From positions 1-64,000 of the forward strand of contig JALJEE010000252.1 of the NCBI GenBank assembly GCA_023231475.1: a stretch of 64,000 nucleotides of DNA. The letters run 5' to 3'. The position numbers were made by a program, and so were the translations under genes. Position 1 is the first letter of the stretch; every line of letters starts with the position of its first letter. The stretch comes from Seison nebaliae. Its lineage: Eukaryota. Below, piece by piece: positions 51,501 to 63,600 of this stretch. A model generated the notes under the pieces. It searched no databases. It was not told where the DNA came from and saw only the letters and a program-made list of their open reading frames with translations.

Positions 51501-54500
51501 AATTCGAATAATTCCATCAGTCTGACAAGATTGATTCTGTTGATCATTTGTCGCTTGTGTATTATAAGAATAAGACGAACAATAATCAAAAATCATTTGG
51601 AAATATTGATTGATTTTATTCGATTCACTCCATTGACTCATTCGTGAAATGGTTCCTTTATTCGTTTGTGGTGACGACGTTTTCACCATCGATCTTCCTC
51701 CTGATGTTCCCGAGATGATAGATCCAGATAACGGTTGCATCGAATTATGAATTGGAAGACAATCATTATTCGAATGTAATCGTTTCAATAAATTATGTAA
51801 ATCATTTTCGAATTGACTGATTTGTGATGGTATATTTCGATTCTCCAATTCCATTTTATCCAATTTACCTTTCAATTTACCTTCACGTGTCAATGCTGAA
51901 TTGAGATTGAAGAAATTCCGTTCAGAATCTTTCTCGATCTCTTTCAATTTCTTATCTTTCTCTTTCAATTCATCACCGCTCTTCTTCATTGCCAATTTGA
52001 TGGCGGATAATTCCTCATCATTCTTCTTCAATTTCATTTCCATCACCATCTCATTATTCTTTCGAATTTCCATTAGAAAACGACGGAAATTTTCATTAAT
52101 CGATGAAATTTTCAATTGGAGATGAGACATAATCTTCACAATATTCTCCTCGTTTAACGGAATAACATTTTTTTCAAACTGTAATTGTTGTGTCGTCTCA
52201 TTCCATTGAATACTGCCAATTAAACGATTCACTTGTCCCACTATCAATATTGGTGACGGATCGATTTTTGTTCTTTCAAATTCTAAATTTTTTATTGTCG
52301 TTTTCAAATGTTCGATATTCGTCACATTCGATGAAATTTCGATATTCATCGTTTGTTTCATATCATTCAAAATGTTCAATTCCTCTTTCAAATTCTCAAT
52401 CTCATTCAAATGATCCGTCTCTCTCGAATTCCATGACGACTCTTTCTCATTCAATAATTTCTCAAATTTATATTTTTCATTTAGAAAATCATTTCCAATT
52501 TTTTTCTTTAAACATTCTAATCGTTTTTCGAAATCCTTCAATGGATCCTCAATATCACCATCTTTATCAATCAATCGTTCGATATGGAAATATTCATTCA
52601 ACAAATTATTCATAGTCATCAATGAACTATTTTTCATTTCTTTATTCTCATTCATCTTCTTTTTCATCTTGTCTTCAAACTCTTCCAAATACAACGACTT
52701 CTCTTTCTCCAATTTTTCAATTATCTTTTTCAAATTTTCCATATTCTCTTCCAACTCCTCTTTCTCCATTTGAACATCTCGACATTCCTGATCTTTCTCC
52801 AACATCTTTAATTGACAACGATTCGTTTCCTCTTCAATTTCCATTCGTTTCGTTTCGAAACTAGTAATAATTCGCTTGTTCTCGTCATTCAAATCGATGA
52901 ATCTTTTCTTCGTATCCATCACTTCTGATTCCAATATCAATTTTTCTTCTTTCATCTCATTCAATTCAACTTCGAATTGAACTTTCATTTCATTCAATTC
53001 ATTCTGTAGACCATTCACTGTTTCCAATTCGTTCGATTGTAATTCCTTCATTATTTCATCAAATTCCGTTTGTTTCCTCTTCATTTCTTCATCTAAATCT
53101 TTTTGATATTTCTGTTGTAATTCTTTATTCATTCTCGTTAATTCATTCTCATTATCAATATGAGATTGAAGTATTTGTTTCAGATTATCGATCTCCATTT
53201 GTAAATGATGCATCGTTCGATTTTTCACTGAAGATCTCGGTGTGGAAGTGGTGACAATATCTTTCCCTAATTTCGTTCTATTCGAAATGTCGTCTGTTTC
53301 ATGTTGAAAAATATTTTTATTATTCTTCAAATTCATATTGTCCAATCTCAACGAAGCGATTTGTTGTTGCAATTGTTCATTCTCTTGTAAAGTATTCCTG
53401 AGACTTTCTTGAGATTTCGCTTGAACATTCAAATGTTCGATGGACGCTGATTGATTTGTATATTTCTCTTGTTGCAATTCTAAACGGAGATCTCGATTAT
53501 TCAATTTCAATTCACTTCTCTCATTATCAATCAATCGAATTCTCTCTCTCAATGATTCGACCATTTCATTCGCATCAACATAATCATTCGTCGATTGTTT
53601 CTGCTCTTTCAATGTCGCCATTTCAGACATGAAGGAAGTAAGACGTTTCTGAGTGATCTCATGCAATAGATGTTTCTCTTCTAATTCCTTCTTCAATTCA
53701 TTCAATTCTCCATTTAATTGTTCTTGTTCGTCTCTCATCAATTCTTTTTCTTTTTGAACATTTTCAAATTTCTCTTGTTCCAATGATAAAGTTGTTTGAA
53801 CATTCTGACACATATCATTCAATTCATTTATCACTTTGTCTTTTTCCTCATTTATATTTTTATATTTATTAATTTCCATTTGACAAATATCTCTCAAATT
53901 CTCCAATTCTCCATTCAATTCATCCAATTTCCTTCCACGTGCCGCATATAACAATTTCTGATGTTCATATTGTGATTTCCAATCATTCGGATCGTGACCA
54001 GTTATCGTTCGATTTTGTAATGAATTATTATTGGATGAAGAATTTGTTGATGACACTTTCAATTGATTATCATTCAACAATGGTTCTGTTAATTTCTTCT
54101 TATTGAAAGGTGGTGTATTGATATCATTATCATTATTGAAATTATTCATTTTATCATTATTATCATCATCATCATTATTATTATTTGTATCTTCTTCATC
54201 CTCCGTATCATTTTGATCCAATTCTGATGTTACTGATGTCGCTGATGATGATGATGATGCTTCTGAAGATGATTCATTCTCTTCCTTTCCTTCATCATTC
54301 TCATAATCATCAGTCGTTGATTGTGGGAGAAAAGTTTTCGATCGATCCACACATGGTGTCGATGTACCAATCGGTTGATGTTTCATCAAGTAAGGCAGAT
54401 GTCGATTAAAATTTGATTCGATATTGGATGGATTTAATTGACTATTCTGTTGCACACGAAATTTATTCGCTAAACTCTCCAATCTCTTCACATTGACAGT

Positions 54501-54842
54501 ATCTTCAAACTCATCATTTGTCGTCGATTGATCGTTGTTATTCGAACAATTATTATATTTCTGATTTCCATCAATCTCTTTCTTCATCGTCACGTTCTCC
54601 TGTTGTCTCATCTCGTCATCATCTTCTTCTTCTTCATCATCATCATCATCAGATAATAAATCATCATCGAATGCTCCATCTAACATTGCATGTAATTTCT
54701 TTTGACGTTCCTCATAATCTTCATCTTCCTCTTCTTCTTCGTCATTAATTAAATTAAACTTTATCGGTTGATTATTCTTCAAATTATCACCATTTCCCTG
54801 ATCCAGGAGACTGATGCCCGGACTTTCGTCGTACATCGACAT
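48594..54842 (-). CDS. CEP152: Centrosomal protein 152 / asterless-like, single-exon 2082-aa coiled-coil protein
   Basis: Acidic N-terminal EDEDYEERQKKLHAMLDGAFDDDLLS resembles the PLK4-binding segment. The LLYAARGRKLDEL motif is present, followed by extensive heptad coiled coil. Confidence 0.7.
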   Translation of the reverse strand: MSMYDESPGISLLDQGNGDNLKNNQPIKFNLINDEEEEEDEDYEERQKKLHAMLDGAFDDDLLSDDDDDEEEEDDDEMRQQENVTMKKEIDGNQKYNNCSNNNDQSTTNDEFEDTVNVKRLESLANKFRVQQNSQLNPSNIESNFNRHLPYLMKHQPIGTSTPCVDRSKTFLPQSTTDDYENDEGKEENESSSEASSSSSATSVTSELDQNDTEDEEDTNNNNDDDDNNDKMNNFNNDNDINTPPFNKKKLTEPLLNDNQLKVSSTNSSSNNNSLQNRTITGHDPNDWKSQYEHQKLLYAARGRKLDELNGELENLRDICQMEINKYKNINEEKDKVINELNDMCQNVQTTLSLEQEKFENVQKEKELMRDEQEQLNGELNELKKELEEKHLLHEITQKRLTSFMSEMATLKEQKQSTNDYVDANEMVESLRERIRLIDNERSELKLNNRDLRLELQQEKYTNQSASIEHLNVQAKSQESLRNTLQENEQLQQQIASLRLDNMNLKNNKNIFQHETDDISNRTKLGKDIVTTSTPRSSVKNRTMHHLQMEIDNLKQILQSHIDNENELTRMNKELQQKYQKDLDEEMKRKQTEFDEIMKELQSNELETVNGLQNELNEMKVQFEVELNEMKEEKLILESEVMDTKKRFIDLNDENKRIITSFETKRMEIEEETNRCQLKMLEKDQECRDVQMEKEELEENMENLKKIIEKLEKEKSLYLEEFEDKMKKKMNENKEMKNSSLMTMNNLLNEYFHIERLIDKDGDIEDPLKDFEKRLECLKKKIGNDFLNEKYKFEKLLNEKESSWNSRETDHLNEIENLKEELNILNDMKQTMNIEISSNVTNIEHLKTTIKNLEFERTKIDPSPILIVGQVNRLIGSIQWNETTQQLQFEKNVIPLNEENIVKIMSHLQLKISSINENFRRFLMEIRKNNEMVMEMKLKKNDEELSAIKLAMKKSGDELKEKDKKLKEIEKDSERNFFNLNSALTREGKLKGKLDKMELENRNIPSQISQFENDLHNLLKRLHSNNDCLPIHNSMQPLSGSIISGTSGGRSMVKTSSPQTNKGTISRMSQWSESNKINQYFQMIFDYCSSYSYNTQATNDQQNQSCQTDGIIRIDSWTQSMDDNVVIDLRKRLRNMQKEYVDKEKLHLNEVKNLKRRCRRFEEDRSVASSNSSLNRERMSRESSIQSEISNSTNQSDSLFSRNKEKMKRMNSSELRVNYDYYNFYNCPNKTTVDENQEKNQDEDNDEDDDVPDTPMMQDRHLMNNQIERIGYDSCSPTAKKFYVDTHYKYLKGLVAYQTTQQKDQMNQICELTKELKKIKLMYEDLQRKFDGKHRTLSSSTLLSSNNNNNNNNYNISSSSLNPNHLTLNSSTSTEYISPSKHLIQLLADKPLNSKEDRQILELATNVDNEENRLLQRYYELYDTIADNELQITKLKLENDNLISLFQTKEQFMNEQLQQAEEMLSETTRKYETKIKTMQLQSVDDNLGIQESRRKELITIHRKQINQIHEIYTKAFIDYAKKAATNKSLQEKRLSNNRFDFEEFIQYTKQYFDNYSITSNETPLVKELISKEKEHFHTLNKIKGFHFPHYFRLFILNSSRSISSRPRNISKSSWTCSTFNRRRKSSVTENDVGYCEEEFDKYFPQIQYVKFSNFFNSSSNPFLLFLMCRSSSILEKILGELEINLEKRLSIIMSKKNSGTSSLGRHHRRSFSKDSDTIPTKLTFDDDNSENGNNLTKSMNFFTLQRTRNDSTDRYVKFSGKKEVFNEFQQLRKDTNEFVDEHLSKYSDESLQLINSVDLLSKQRNESSSLGRKNSLKSTHNNNYDCLKSSPTTKKSKDYHQHHHQNNKNEYYSHNIDKNVDNTHRLGRSKNRIYNWIDLRGNDEKSTDDNTQDNQSKNHHNHHQQKRNRSESAHKHDHLNVQVTTNANYSARRANDNSNYRPLDSYLEIREKQRNLSRERQKSNNNSSTKDRLLKDSRIDLSKDPRPITIRQENLIETPIDKKKMSMKNSLPTSSLKINQHNIVRGSNYLRHFPLPLPNSSRQLIQCSNLSEENLSRNATPMTNRTNRTSALRAKYIKQTFK

Positions 54843-55325
54843 TCTTGTTTGTTTTGTGATAAATTTACGTCGTCAATGACAACGCGTTCTTGAACTGACA
54901 AGTTTGGCGGAAAACATTGAAGATTTTCGAGCTCCCATTTGAATTAGATGAAGTTATTTAATTTGCTATTATTTCAATCCGAAATGAAATCTCTACAAAA
55001 TTTTGAACTTTTCAAAAATTTTGAATTTAAAGCTATTATCTTCCAAATTCTTCAAAAACAGACGATAAACTACATGAATGTACATAGTGACCAATTAATA
55101 AGATAGACGCTTATAATTTAAACATTCTAACGCTTTATTTCACTCTGTTTTCTATTAACCAATGTAAATACGTAGTTTTCTCATTCCATTCGTCCATGTC
55201 ATCATTTCTAGACTTTATTCGAAATTTTTTCCTCGTTCAAAAATATTACGAACCTATTTGCTTTCACAACATTTTGTTCACAACATATTCTTGTAGTTTT
55301 CTACGAATCTATCTAATATAAAAGA

Positions 55326-55916
55326 ATGTCGTCCGAAGCCGTAACAGAACCAGTCGTCTCAACTGTAGAGCCAAAAGATGAGGAGATGGATGTTCAAGAA
55401 CCAGAACCAATTCCAGACAAAAAACCAGATGAAATGAAACCGACTCTTGTTGAAATTTCAACTGAACCTTCTGCACCAGCACCTGAAGAAGAAATAAAAG
55501 ATGACACAAATGAAAAAATGGAAGATGCTCCTGCTGCAGGTGATGGTTCTGACATAGTTGGTGAGAATGGAATAAAATCTGATGAAATTAGTAATTCGAA
55601 TCAGGGAGAATCGAATGAGACTGAAGATGCTACTATTCAACCAGCAGATTCCAGTCAACCTCCATCCAATGCCGAAATAAGTGCAGAAGCAGCTAAAGCT
55701 GATAGACCAAAAATCGGCCCATTGCCTATTGGTATTAATCAAGGAAGAAAATCGAAAGCAGAAACTGTGGCAACATGTACGAGAACATATTTAGATGCAA
55801 CTATCGTTCCCGCTCTCTTACAAGCATTGACAGCATTAGTAAAAGAACGTCCACAACGTCCGATTGAATATATTGCTGGATTCCTTATGAAGAATCGTCA
55901 TCGATTTGAGAAATAA
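55326..55916 (+). CDS. DPY30: Dpy-30 homolog (COMPASS subunit) with long acidic N-terminal extension
   Basis: C-terminal TRTYLDATIVPALLQALTALVKERPQRPIEYIAGFLMKN is the Dpy-30 motif. Confidence 0.88.
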   Translation: MSSEAVTEPVVSTVEPKDEEMDVQEPEPIPDKKPDEMKPTLVEISTEPSAPAPEEEIKDDTNEKMEDAPAAGDGSDIVGENGIKSDEISNSNQGESNETEDATIQPADSSQPPSNAEISAEAAKADRPKIGPLPIGINQGRKSKAETVATCTRTYLDATIVPALLQALTALVKERPQRPIEYIAGFLMKNRHRFEK

Positions 55917-56235
55917 ATTTTAGAAGATTTTCCAATTGAAACGTTAATGTCCAATTATGAAAAAGGAATTGGAATAACATAAATTTTCTGGGTACAAACC
56001 TTATTAATTTTTTTTTAAATTTTCATTAAAGGATATAAGACATTTCGATTTATTTTAATTTTTTAAGTAAACTCTCTTATAAAAGATCTTTCTTTTTTTT
56101 TCTCAATACTTTATTCATCGAAATATAAATAACCAAAATATGCTGAAGTTGACCTTTAGAGTGAACGATGAGAGTTCTCTTCTCATTCTATCTAACATCG
56201 ATGTAGAATATAATTCCATTTCAGGATAATCCATT

Positions 56236-56639
56236 TCAACAGGTAATTTTTGGATCTCGTCTTGATCCTGGTTCTGTATAAAACATATTTCCAATATATC
56301 GCACAACTTTTTTCTTTTTCTTCGGTGTTGTACAAATTTGAATTTGATCTATTGATGATGGTTGGGAAACAGGATTCTCATTTCTTGGTGGCGTTTTCTC
56401 CACTTCGAAATTAAATATTTGAACGGACGGTTCAGATGAGAAATCTATCAAAATACATTTAATCGGTAAAATTATCTTAAAAATTAACTTTCGCCTTTTA
56501 ATTGTTGTTCTTCGAGTAGTTCGATCCGTTCGTTCTTTTTCACCCACAACCAAAGGAGTCGACCTGCAACCAACAAGAATACTGCAATGAGAGGAATGAT
56601 TGTGATGAGGAATAGATATGTATCATTACGTAAAGCCAT
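56236..56639 (-). CDS. Small single-pass membrane protein, 2 exons (about 120 aa), missed as a unit by the ORF track
   Basis: MALRNDTYLFLITIIPLIAVFLLVAGRLLWLWVKKNERIELLEEQQLKGE splices via a GTT..TAG intron in frame to FSSEPSVQ..KKKKKVV..KITC*. Confidence 0.55.
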
Positions 56640-56960
56640 AAAGAAGTGAATTAAAAGAAACTGAAAAAAATAATGTCGAAAAAAATTATGGAGGGTGAAA
56701 TGAAATATGAAAAGAAATTTCTACTTCTCTTACTTTTATTTACTGGTATGACAAATTGCCAAAATTTTCTGTTAAATTTTCTTTCTCAATTTGATCAGAT
56801 TGAATTATTGCTCATGGAATTAAGTGTTTATTATTTTAAATTGATTCAAATATATATGAGAGAAATACGACAAGTAAAAAAAAGGAATTGGAAATTTTTA
56901 CTCATTCTTAATTTGATTATTCGTGTTGAAATAATTAATTTTTTGCTTAACTGAAATTCG

Positions 56961-57200
56961 TTAGACAAAGAGAGGAACATCTCGTTTTAAAGGATCGTTA
57001 ATCCATTCCTGGTGTTTATGATCTGGATTATATTCCAAATCTTCAAGTTCCGCATTTTCTAATAATCGATAATTGAATGGATCGTTATCTCGATCCGTCA
57101 ATATCATATAGAAAGCAACAAGAGCAAATATGATGATACCGAAAGCAGCTCCTATCAAATTGAAAATGATTATTCCTTCCTTCCAATTAAATTGCCACAT
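56961..57200 (-). CDS. Small single-pass membrane protein (79 aa)
   Basis: Hydrophobic GIIIFNLIGAAFGIIIFALVAFYMIL followed by an acidic tail; intact ATG-stop ORF. Confidence 0.5.
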   Translation of the reverse strand: MWQFNWKEGIIIFNLIGAAFGIIIFALVAFYMILTDRDNDPFNYRLLENAELEDLEYNPDHKHQEWINDPLKRDVPLFV

Positions 57201-57802
57201 CTTATAAAAGATTATAAGTAATATTTAACGGACGACCTTAATAATGGTGAATGAATACTTATGAATCAAACGTCGAAAAGTGAACGAAAAGAAGAAATAA
57301 AAGTGTTAAAGTTGAAACCAAAAGTGAAGGGATATACAATAAAAACTTAAAGTAATCGGACACTTTTGCGTTTTTATAATAACTATGATATCATTTGTGA
57401 AGGTGGATATCATAAAATAGCATTCAATCTCTTGAAGATAGTGGAAAAAAGTCTGAAAAAAATAAAATATTTCATGCATTAATAGAGCATAAGAGTTCAT
57501 TTTTCTTTGTTCCGCACGTTTCGAAAATGTTGTTTAAAATTTTTGCTCTTCTAAATCAAAAAAAAGTATTATGTCTATATTGTAGAATATGTTCAATTAC
57601 ATTAGAACAATAAAAACTGACAAAAAAGAATAAAAAATGACGTAATTATTGAGAATTTTTTAAAAGTGGTAGATAATTTAGGAGATAAAATTAGTTTAAT
57701 TGAAAGAATAAATTATTATTTATCGTAGAACTGTTCAAAATAAATTATTTTGGGAATATTGTGAAGATTATTTAGATAATATATTCCATATTTCTTCCAA
57801 TT

Positions 57803-58072
57803 TTATGCTTCATCCTCATCTGAGGTTGGTTCCCTACCTTCTAAATTTTCTGCTTGGTCAGATTTTCTAACTTTATGTTGGGGGTTCTTTGTTGGGGTGT
57901 CATTTATCTTGATCTGACGATGTTTATGATGTTTTTTTAATTTCCGATTCGAACTTTTCGAACTAAATACCGAGACCATAATGATGAATATGATAACAAC
58001 TCCCACCATCGTTAAACTGAAAATAGTCGTAGCACCAAACACTGCGTCAGCATTATCTAGGATCATGAGCAT
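57803..58072 (-). CDS. Small single-pass membrane protein (89 aa)
   Basis: Hydrophobic AVFGATTIFSLTMVGVVIIFIIMVSVF followed by basic KSSNRKLKKHHKHR and an acidic end. Confidence 0.55.
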   Translation of the reverse strand: MLMILDNADAVFGATTIFSLTMVGVVIIFIIMVSVFSSKSSNRKLKKHHKHRQIKINDTPTKNPQHKVRKSDQAENLEGREPTSDEDEA

Positions 58073-58325
58073 TTTTCAATAGGTTAATTAAACAAAAAGA
58101 AAATTTGAACGAAATTTGATTGTGATTCAGTTTGGAAAAATAACTCAATTCAATATAAATCAAAAAGAAAAAGCCGAAACTGAAAGAGTTTTTATTCATA
58201 GAAAATTTGATTGTTCCATTTAGTTCATAATGAACGAGAAAAATTTAATTATTTCTTATTAAAAAAAATGTCATTAAGAAATACAAAAGTTAATTGATGA
58301 ATTATCTTCTGAATCTTTCACCTGT

Positions 58326-59850
58326 CTATTTGTTCGGTTGAAGAATATTCCACATAGAAGCATCGCCGCTCTCAGGACGATTTGGTGTTTTAGGTATTGA
58401 ATTTCTAAATCTTCCATTCTTTTTTTTTGATAAGGAGAATAAACGATTATTTTCTATAATATAATGGAATTTAAATTAATACTAACATTTGCACTTACGT
58501 TCTTGTGCAAATCTTGTGAGCCAGGAACTATATGGAAGATTTTAAAGAAATAAGAAAAACAATAAGAATTTAACGAATTCCTTCAGTGTCATCACGAGTT
58601 GGCGTGTACACTTTTCTCCCATACCGTTTCTTCTCATCAGGCGATAAATCTTTAACAGATTTTTGTGTATTCTGATTATATTCGGTTTCATACTGAGCCG
58701 GACCATCAAAATGCTTCGACCATTGTTGCTTTTTCATCTCTACTTTCTTCCCTAAAAAATGTTCTAATCGATGATCAAATAAAATAATAAAATTATCAAA
58801 TAAAAAATTACCGTCAATTTCATATCGATTAAAAGCAGTTCGTCTAGAATATCGTGTGGCGGGTGCAGTCTTATATGGACTGTTTATTAATTGATTCGGA
58901 TTATCCAAATTTTGTTGTTGCATCGCTGCTTGCTCATCGATGAATTTGGATGGAGTCTGATCATTTACTATTTGATCTCGACTAATTGCTTTGGACAGAG
59001 AATGATGACTATTCTCTCGATTAATAAAACTTTGGTTACTTTGAGATTGTGGAATCTGTTGTTGTTGATCATGAATTTGTTGTTGTTGGTCATGAATCAT
59101 CTGTTGTCGTTGTTGTTCATCAATCATCATTTGTTGTTGCTGTTGTAGATATTCTTGTGGCGGTTGTTCCCCCATCATTTGAGGATGACTCTGATGATCT
59201 GACATTTGCTGTTGCTGTTGTTGTTGTTGTTCCAACAATTGCTTTTGATTCTCGTAATAAGCTTGTTGTGCAGCTAAATTCTCTCGTTGTTGCATATAAG
59301 CTTTCTCGTCTTGTTGTATTTGAGAATTTTCATATCCAATACGTTCTTGGGCAACTTGTCGTCGAAGTTGATCCTCATAATTATTCTCATATTGACTATT
59401 TTCAGGTTGTGAATGAAGATAACTATGACTGTGAAGTTCCTCATTATTCCGTTCTCCAACCTTAAATGGACATTAATAATAAATTGTACTTATAAGAAAA
59501 ATAATCGAAAAAAACTGTGTTAATGGGCGCCATTACCGTAGCAACATTCGAAGAAATATTTCCCATATCAGATGTATGAGGTTTATTCCGTGGTTCGAGT
59601 CTTTCTTCAATCGATTTGTCCATCGAACCGACGGGGTTAGACAGAATTGATTTAACCGAATCATCCCCAACATTTGGATCAATAATACGGAAAGTGTTCG
59701 GACTATAAAATTTCCAATGAGAATCAGTATTATATTCAATAATTAGAATTATGGTTATTTTAAGCAGAAATAGATTGAAAAAAACCGATATTGGGAGTTG
59801 ACCTGTCTTCGATGACTTACCTCAGAGATGTTGGAAAATGGTTTATACAT
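58326..59850 (-). CDS. Glutamine-rich hypothetical protein, 6 exons
   Basis: MYKPFSNISE.. splices through five GT-AG introns in frame into the Q-rich ORF 58570-59295 and ends ..GDASMWNILQPNK*. No recognised domain. Confidence 0.6.
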
Positions 59851-60628
59851 TGTTCAACTTATAAGGATTAAATAGAATTCGGAAGATGCTATACGAAATT
59901 ATGATTGTCGGTTTTTTAACAACGTAACGATAACAACTGTATCAACGGCGCTCAAAAGATAAAACATGAAATATACTAAAGAATATTGGTTTTCAGTGAT
60001 TAATTTTAAATTTTAAGTTTATTTAACAATTGTTTAATTTAAGTAAAATTATTTTTATATGCTTGATTTTTAAAATTAAATGCTAAGTCGACAAATGGAT
60101 AGTTCAACAAAGGAAAAAACAATTTAAACGATGCATATTCACTGATTACACGATATAAAAAGAATGTGTTCATTCGAAAACTTCTATTGTTCCTTCTCAT
60201 TTTGAATTTTTTATAAATATTTTCTTAAAATTTTCCTTTTTCATGCTAATTCTCACCCTTCTTCCACTTCCCTCGCATTTAAATTACGGTTGTGATTCTC
60301 TATCACTTCTTTCATGATCTTCATTTCATGATCGTCAATTTCTGTAAGGAAACGATTTAAGTGAATGACGTTTATTTAATTTTTGGACTGATGTTAAATA
60401 ATTATTATTTATAAACAGCTTCCGTTTTAAGTTTTATTGACTGCCATTTTGAGTGATGATTGTTTATTTACTTTCTTATTTATAATTGGAAAGTTAAAAT
60501 TATTTCAAAATTACTTTTCCTCAAAATTTCAATTAGACCATCACTTAACTCTCTTTGTTTTATCTTCAATTGTCTTGGTTTAAATTTAGCCAATCAATCC
60601 TTCCCCGCATATACATTGATGAGGTATT

Positions 60629-63600
60629 ATGAATGAAGGAGATGAACGGTTTACTCTTTTAATTGAGACATTGAATCTTCTTCACTAATTTCTTATTTTG
60701 AACAAATAGAGATTTGAATCATTCGTCGAAATCTAAAGACGAACAAGAAAGAGAAGAGAACGAGGAAGGCATTACACCGAATAAAAGTTCTATTTTTCTT
60801 CCTTTCACATCATCTTCATTTCAGAATCATGACATAATCAAAATTTTCCATTTTAATTTTGACAGTTGCACGATTAGAAATTAAATCAATTGATTCATCA
60901 GAAAACAGTTGGATTTTAATTAATTGGATCTTCTTTAAAATCTTTTAATTTATTGATTTAGATAACAATTTAAGTAAAGTCTTTTCTGTTCCATTTGCGA
61001 GAAGTACTGTTGAGGTAGGACCGAGTGTTGGTGGAGCGAAAGAGTTAAAAATGGACAAGGATGCAGAAATGTTGCGAGCGATCAATTCAGGTATCAGTCA
61101 ATTAATTGAAATTCTATTGAAAATAACGCCAACACATATACTTCGTGAGAGTGTACGTGATAAAGCAGGTTCTTCTTACAATTATCATTATTTTTTCTTT
61201 ATATATTTTTAAATTAAAAGATGAAAATGATTATTATGATTATGAAGAATATGATGATGAGGAGGAGGATGATGAAGAAGACGAGGATAATATTGAAGAT
61301 GACGTAGAAGAGGAGGAAGATGATTATATACATGAAGAAGAGGAAGATATAGTACATCCAGATGATGATATGGATGATGAGATTTGTGGAAGTGAAGATT
61401 TCCATAAATTATTGGCACAACATTTCACAGCGGAAGAAGATCTAATTGGTGAAGAAATTGAAGAAGGAGAATATTCGACATCGACTGAAGGAGAAGGTGG
61501 AACATTAAGTTTAACATTAGAAGAACAAGAGAAAAAACAATATCATTCTATCGCAATTACGAATGTTCCGAAATCTGAACCGAAGTCTATGACAACAACA
61601 TCACAAGTTGAGGAGTTAGTTGTGACACAACCAAGTAAACATTCGACGAATGGACCAACCTCCAATTTATCGAATTTAGTGAAGAAATTTAAAGAGTTTA
61701 AAGAATCGAAAATTTCGGGAAAACCAAAAGAGTCAACGGAGAATAAGAAGGAAAAGACGAAAGATGATGGAAAGAATGAGAAGAGAACGGCAGGTTATTG
61801 GCAGAATCGGAAACTGGATATATTGAAGAATTCGAAAAATCTTCGTACCGAATATGTTTTAATGGACGGTCGGGCACCTCGTCGTGTCTTGGAGTTTGCA
61901 AAACCGAAAATGAAATGTAAATCACCAGCGAAATTATCAAAAATTAATGAGAAATTTGTATTTAGTCGAACTGATCGTGATCAAGCTCTTGGTGAATTAT
62001 CTGGCATCGTTTTAATGGGAGATGAAGAATCATTACAAGGATTACCATGTGATCTTTTGATGTGTACGTTGAGATATTATATGAATTTTGATATTGATAC
62101 AGATGCAGAACATTATCGTGATGCATTGAGATTGAAGAAAGGTCAACAGAAAGAGAAGAAAGATGATGGAAAAGATACTACGTCAACTGATGGAGAAGAT
62201 ATTCATACACAATTAATTGTTGATATGTTGGCATTATATCCAGAGAAAACAATTGATGAGATTCATCGAATTTGTTCATTGAATGGTAATTCAAATGAGA
62301 TTGCCACATCATTGCAAGTTCGAGCAGTAACATGTTTGGTGAATGTGTTGGAAGCATATCCCAGATCGATGTCTTTCATTCATATGATAATTAAAGATCT
62401 TGTGGTGAAATTGGATCATCCAGACGCTTATTTGAATGAGCAAATCATCTCCATTTTAGACGCATCGTCAAAAAAATATGGTGAGCAAATTCTACGTACT
62501 AATGGAGTAATTAATTGTTTGAAATATTTGGATTTCTATCATTTAGCGACGCAGAAGAAAGGATTTAATTTGATAGCGAATTGCGTGTTAAAAATACGTC
62601 GCATCGAAGATTATCCATATGTGAGGAATTGTATTCCAATTCTCGTTCAACGTCTCATCAATCTCATCAATCAAGCGACAGCAATTCATTTGGAATATGA
62701 AAATAATTTTCCAACGGATAAATTGGAGAAGTTTGAAATGAAACGTATAAATTGTGCAGAAGAATTGATGGATACACCTCGAGCCTTATCAGAGAATGAT
62801 TATTTGACGAATTTGGATCATATCATTCAAACTATTTGTACGATGATTGTTCGATTCTATTTCTTTTATCAGTTTGGAAAGAATGAGAAAGAGAAAAATG
62901 ATCGAGAGAAAATAGTTTTGGAGATTTTGAATGTTCGTAAAATTGAGAATGATGGAAAGATTTCTTATAATAATAATGTCGTTCATCTCCTTTTTAAATT
63001 GTTAACGATGAAACAATTGAATAAATTTGAGACTAATCAATCCACCAACAATTTCATCCAACAAAAATCTTTCACCAATATCATTTATACGTTGAGAGTC
63101 ATCATGGAATTTGCATCATCTATCGATGATTCTTCTCTATTGAATGACATCATTTTTGGAATTACGTCGATGGATAGTGACGAATCGTCCACATTGAATA
63201 TGAGAGAATATTCGATTTATGATATTATCCTCCGTTTATTAATTCAAGATTTTGACAGATCGTTCAATCCATTAAATATCAATTTCCAATCAATGGATAT
63301 AGATAATAAATTTGATCGAAATGAATTTCATAAGAATTATCTTCCCAATTTATGTGAGAGATCAAATAGAATGAAATCCACCGAAGAATTATCATCAGAA
63401 GATTTGAACATGATAAGTGATTTATTAGAGACATTACTTCCTCCATTATCATTCACAAATGGGAAGACGAATGGCGTTTATACATCAATCATCACTCGAG
63501 GAATTGAACAATTCTCCAATAAATTCAATGTCGATCTTCTTTATTCAATTAATACAAATACAATCGATGAAAATGGCGATGAGAAAATGGAGGAATGTAA

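Noticed and set aside
49103..54748. Numerous short ORFs antisense or out of frame to long genes, here and throughout the window
   Set aside because: Shadow ORFs arising from codon bias and low-complexity repeats; no independent support.
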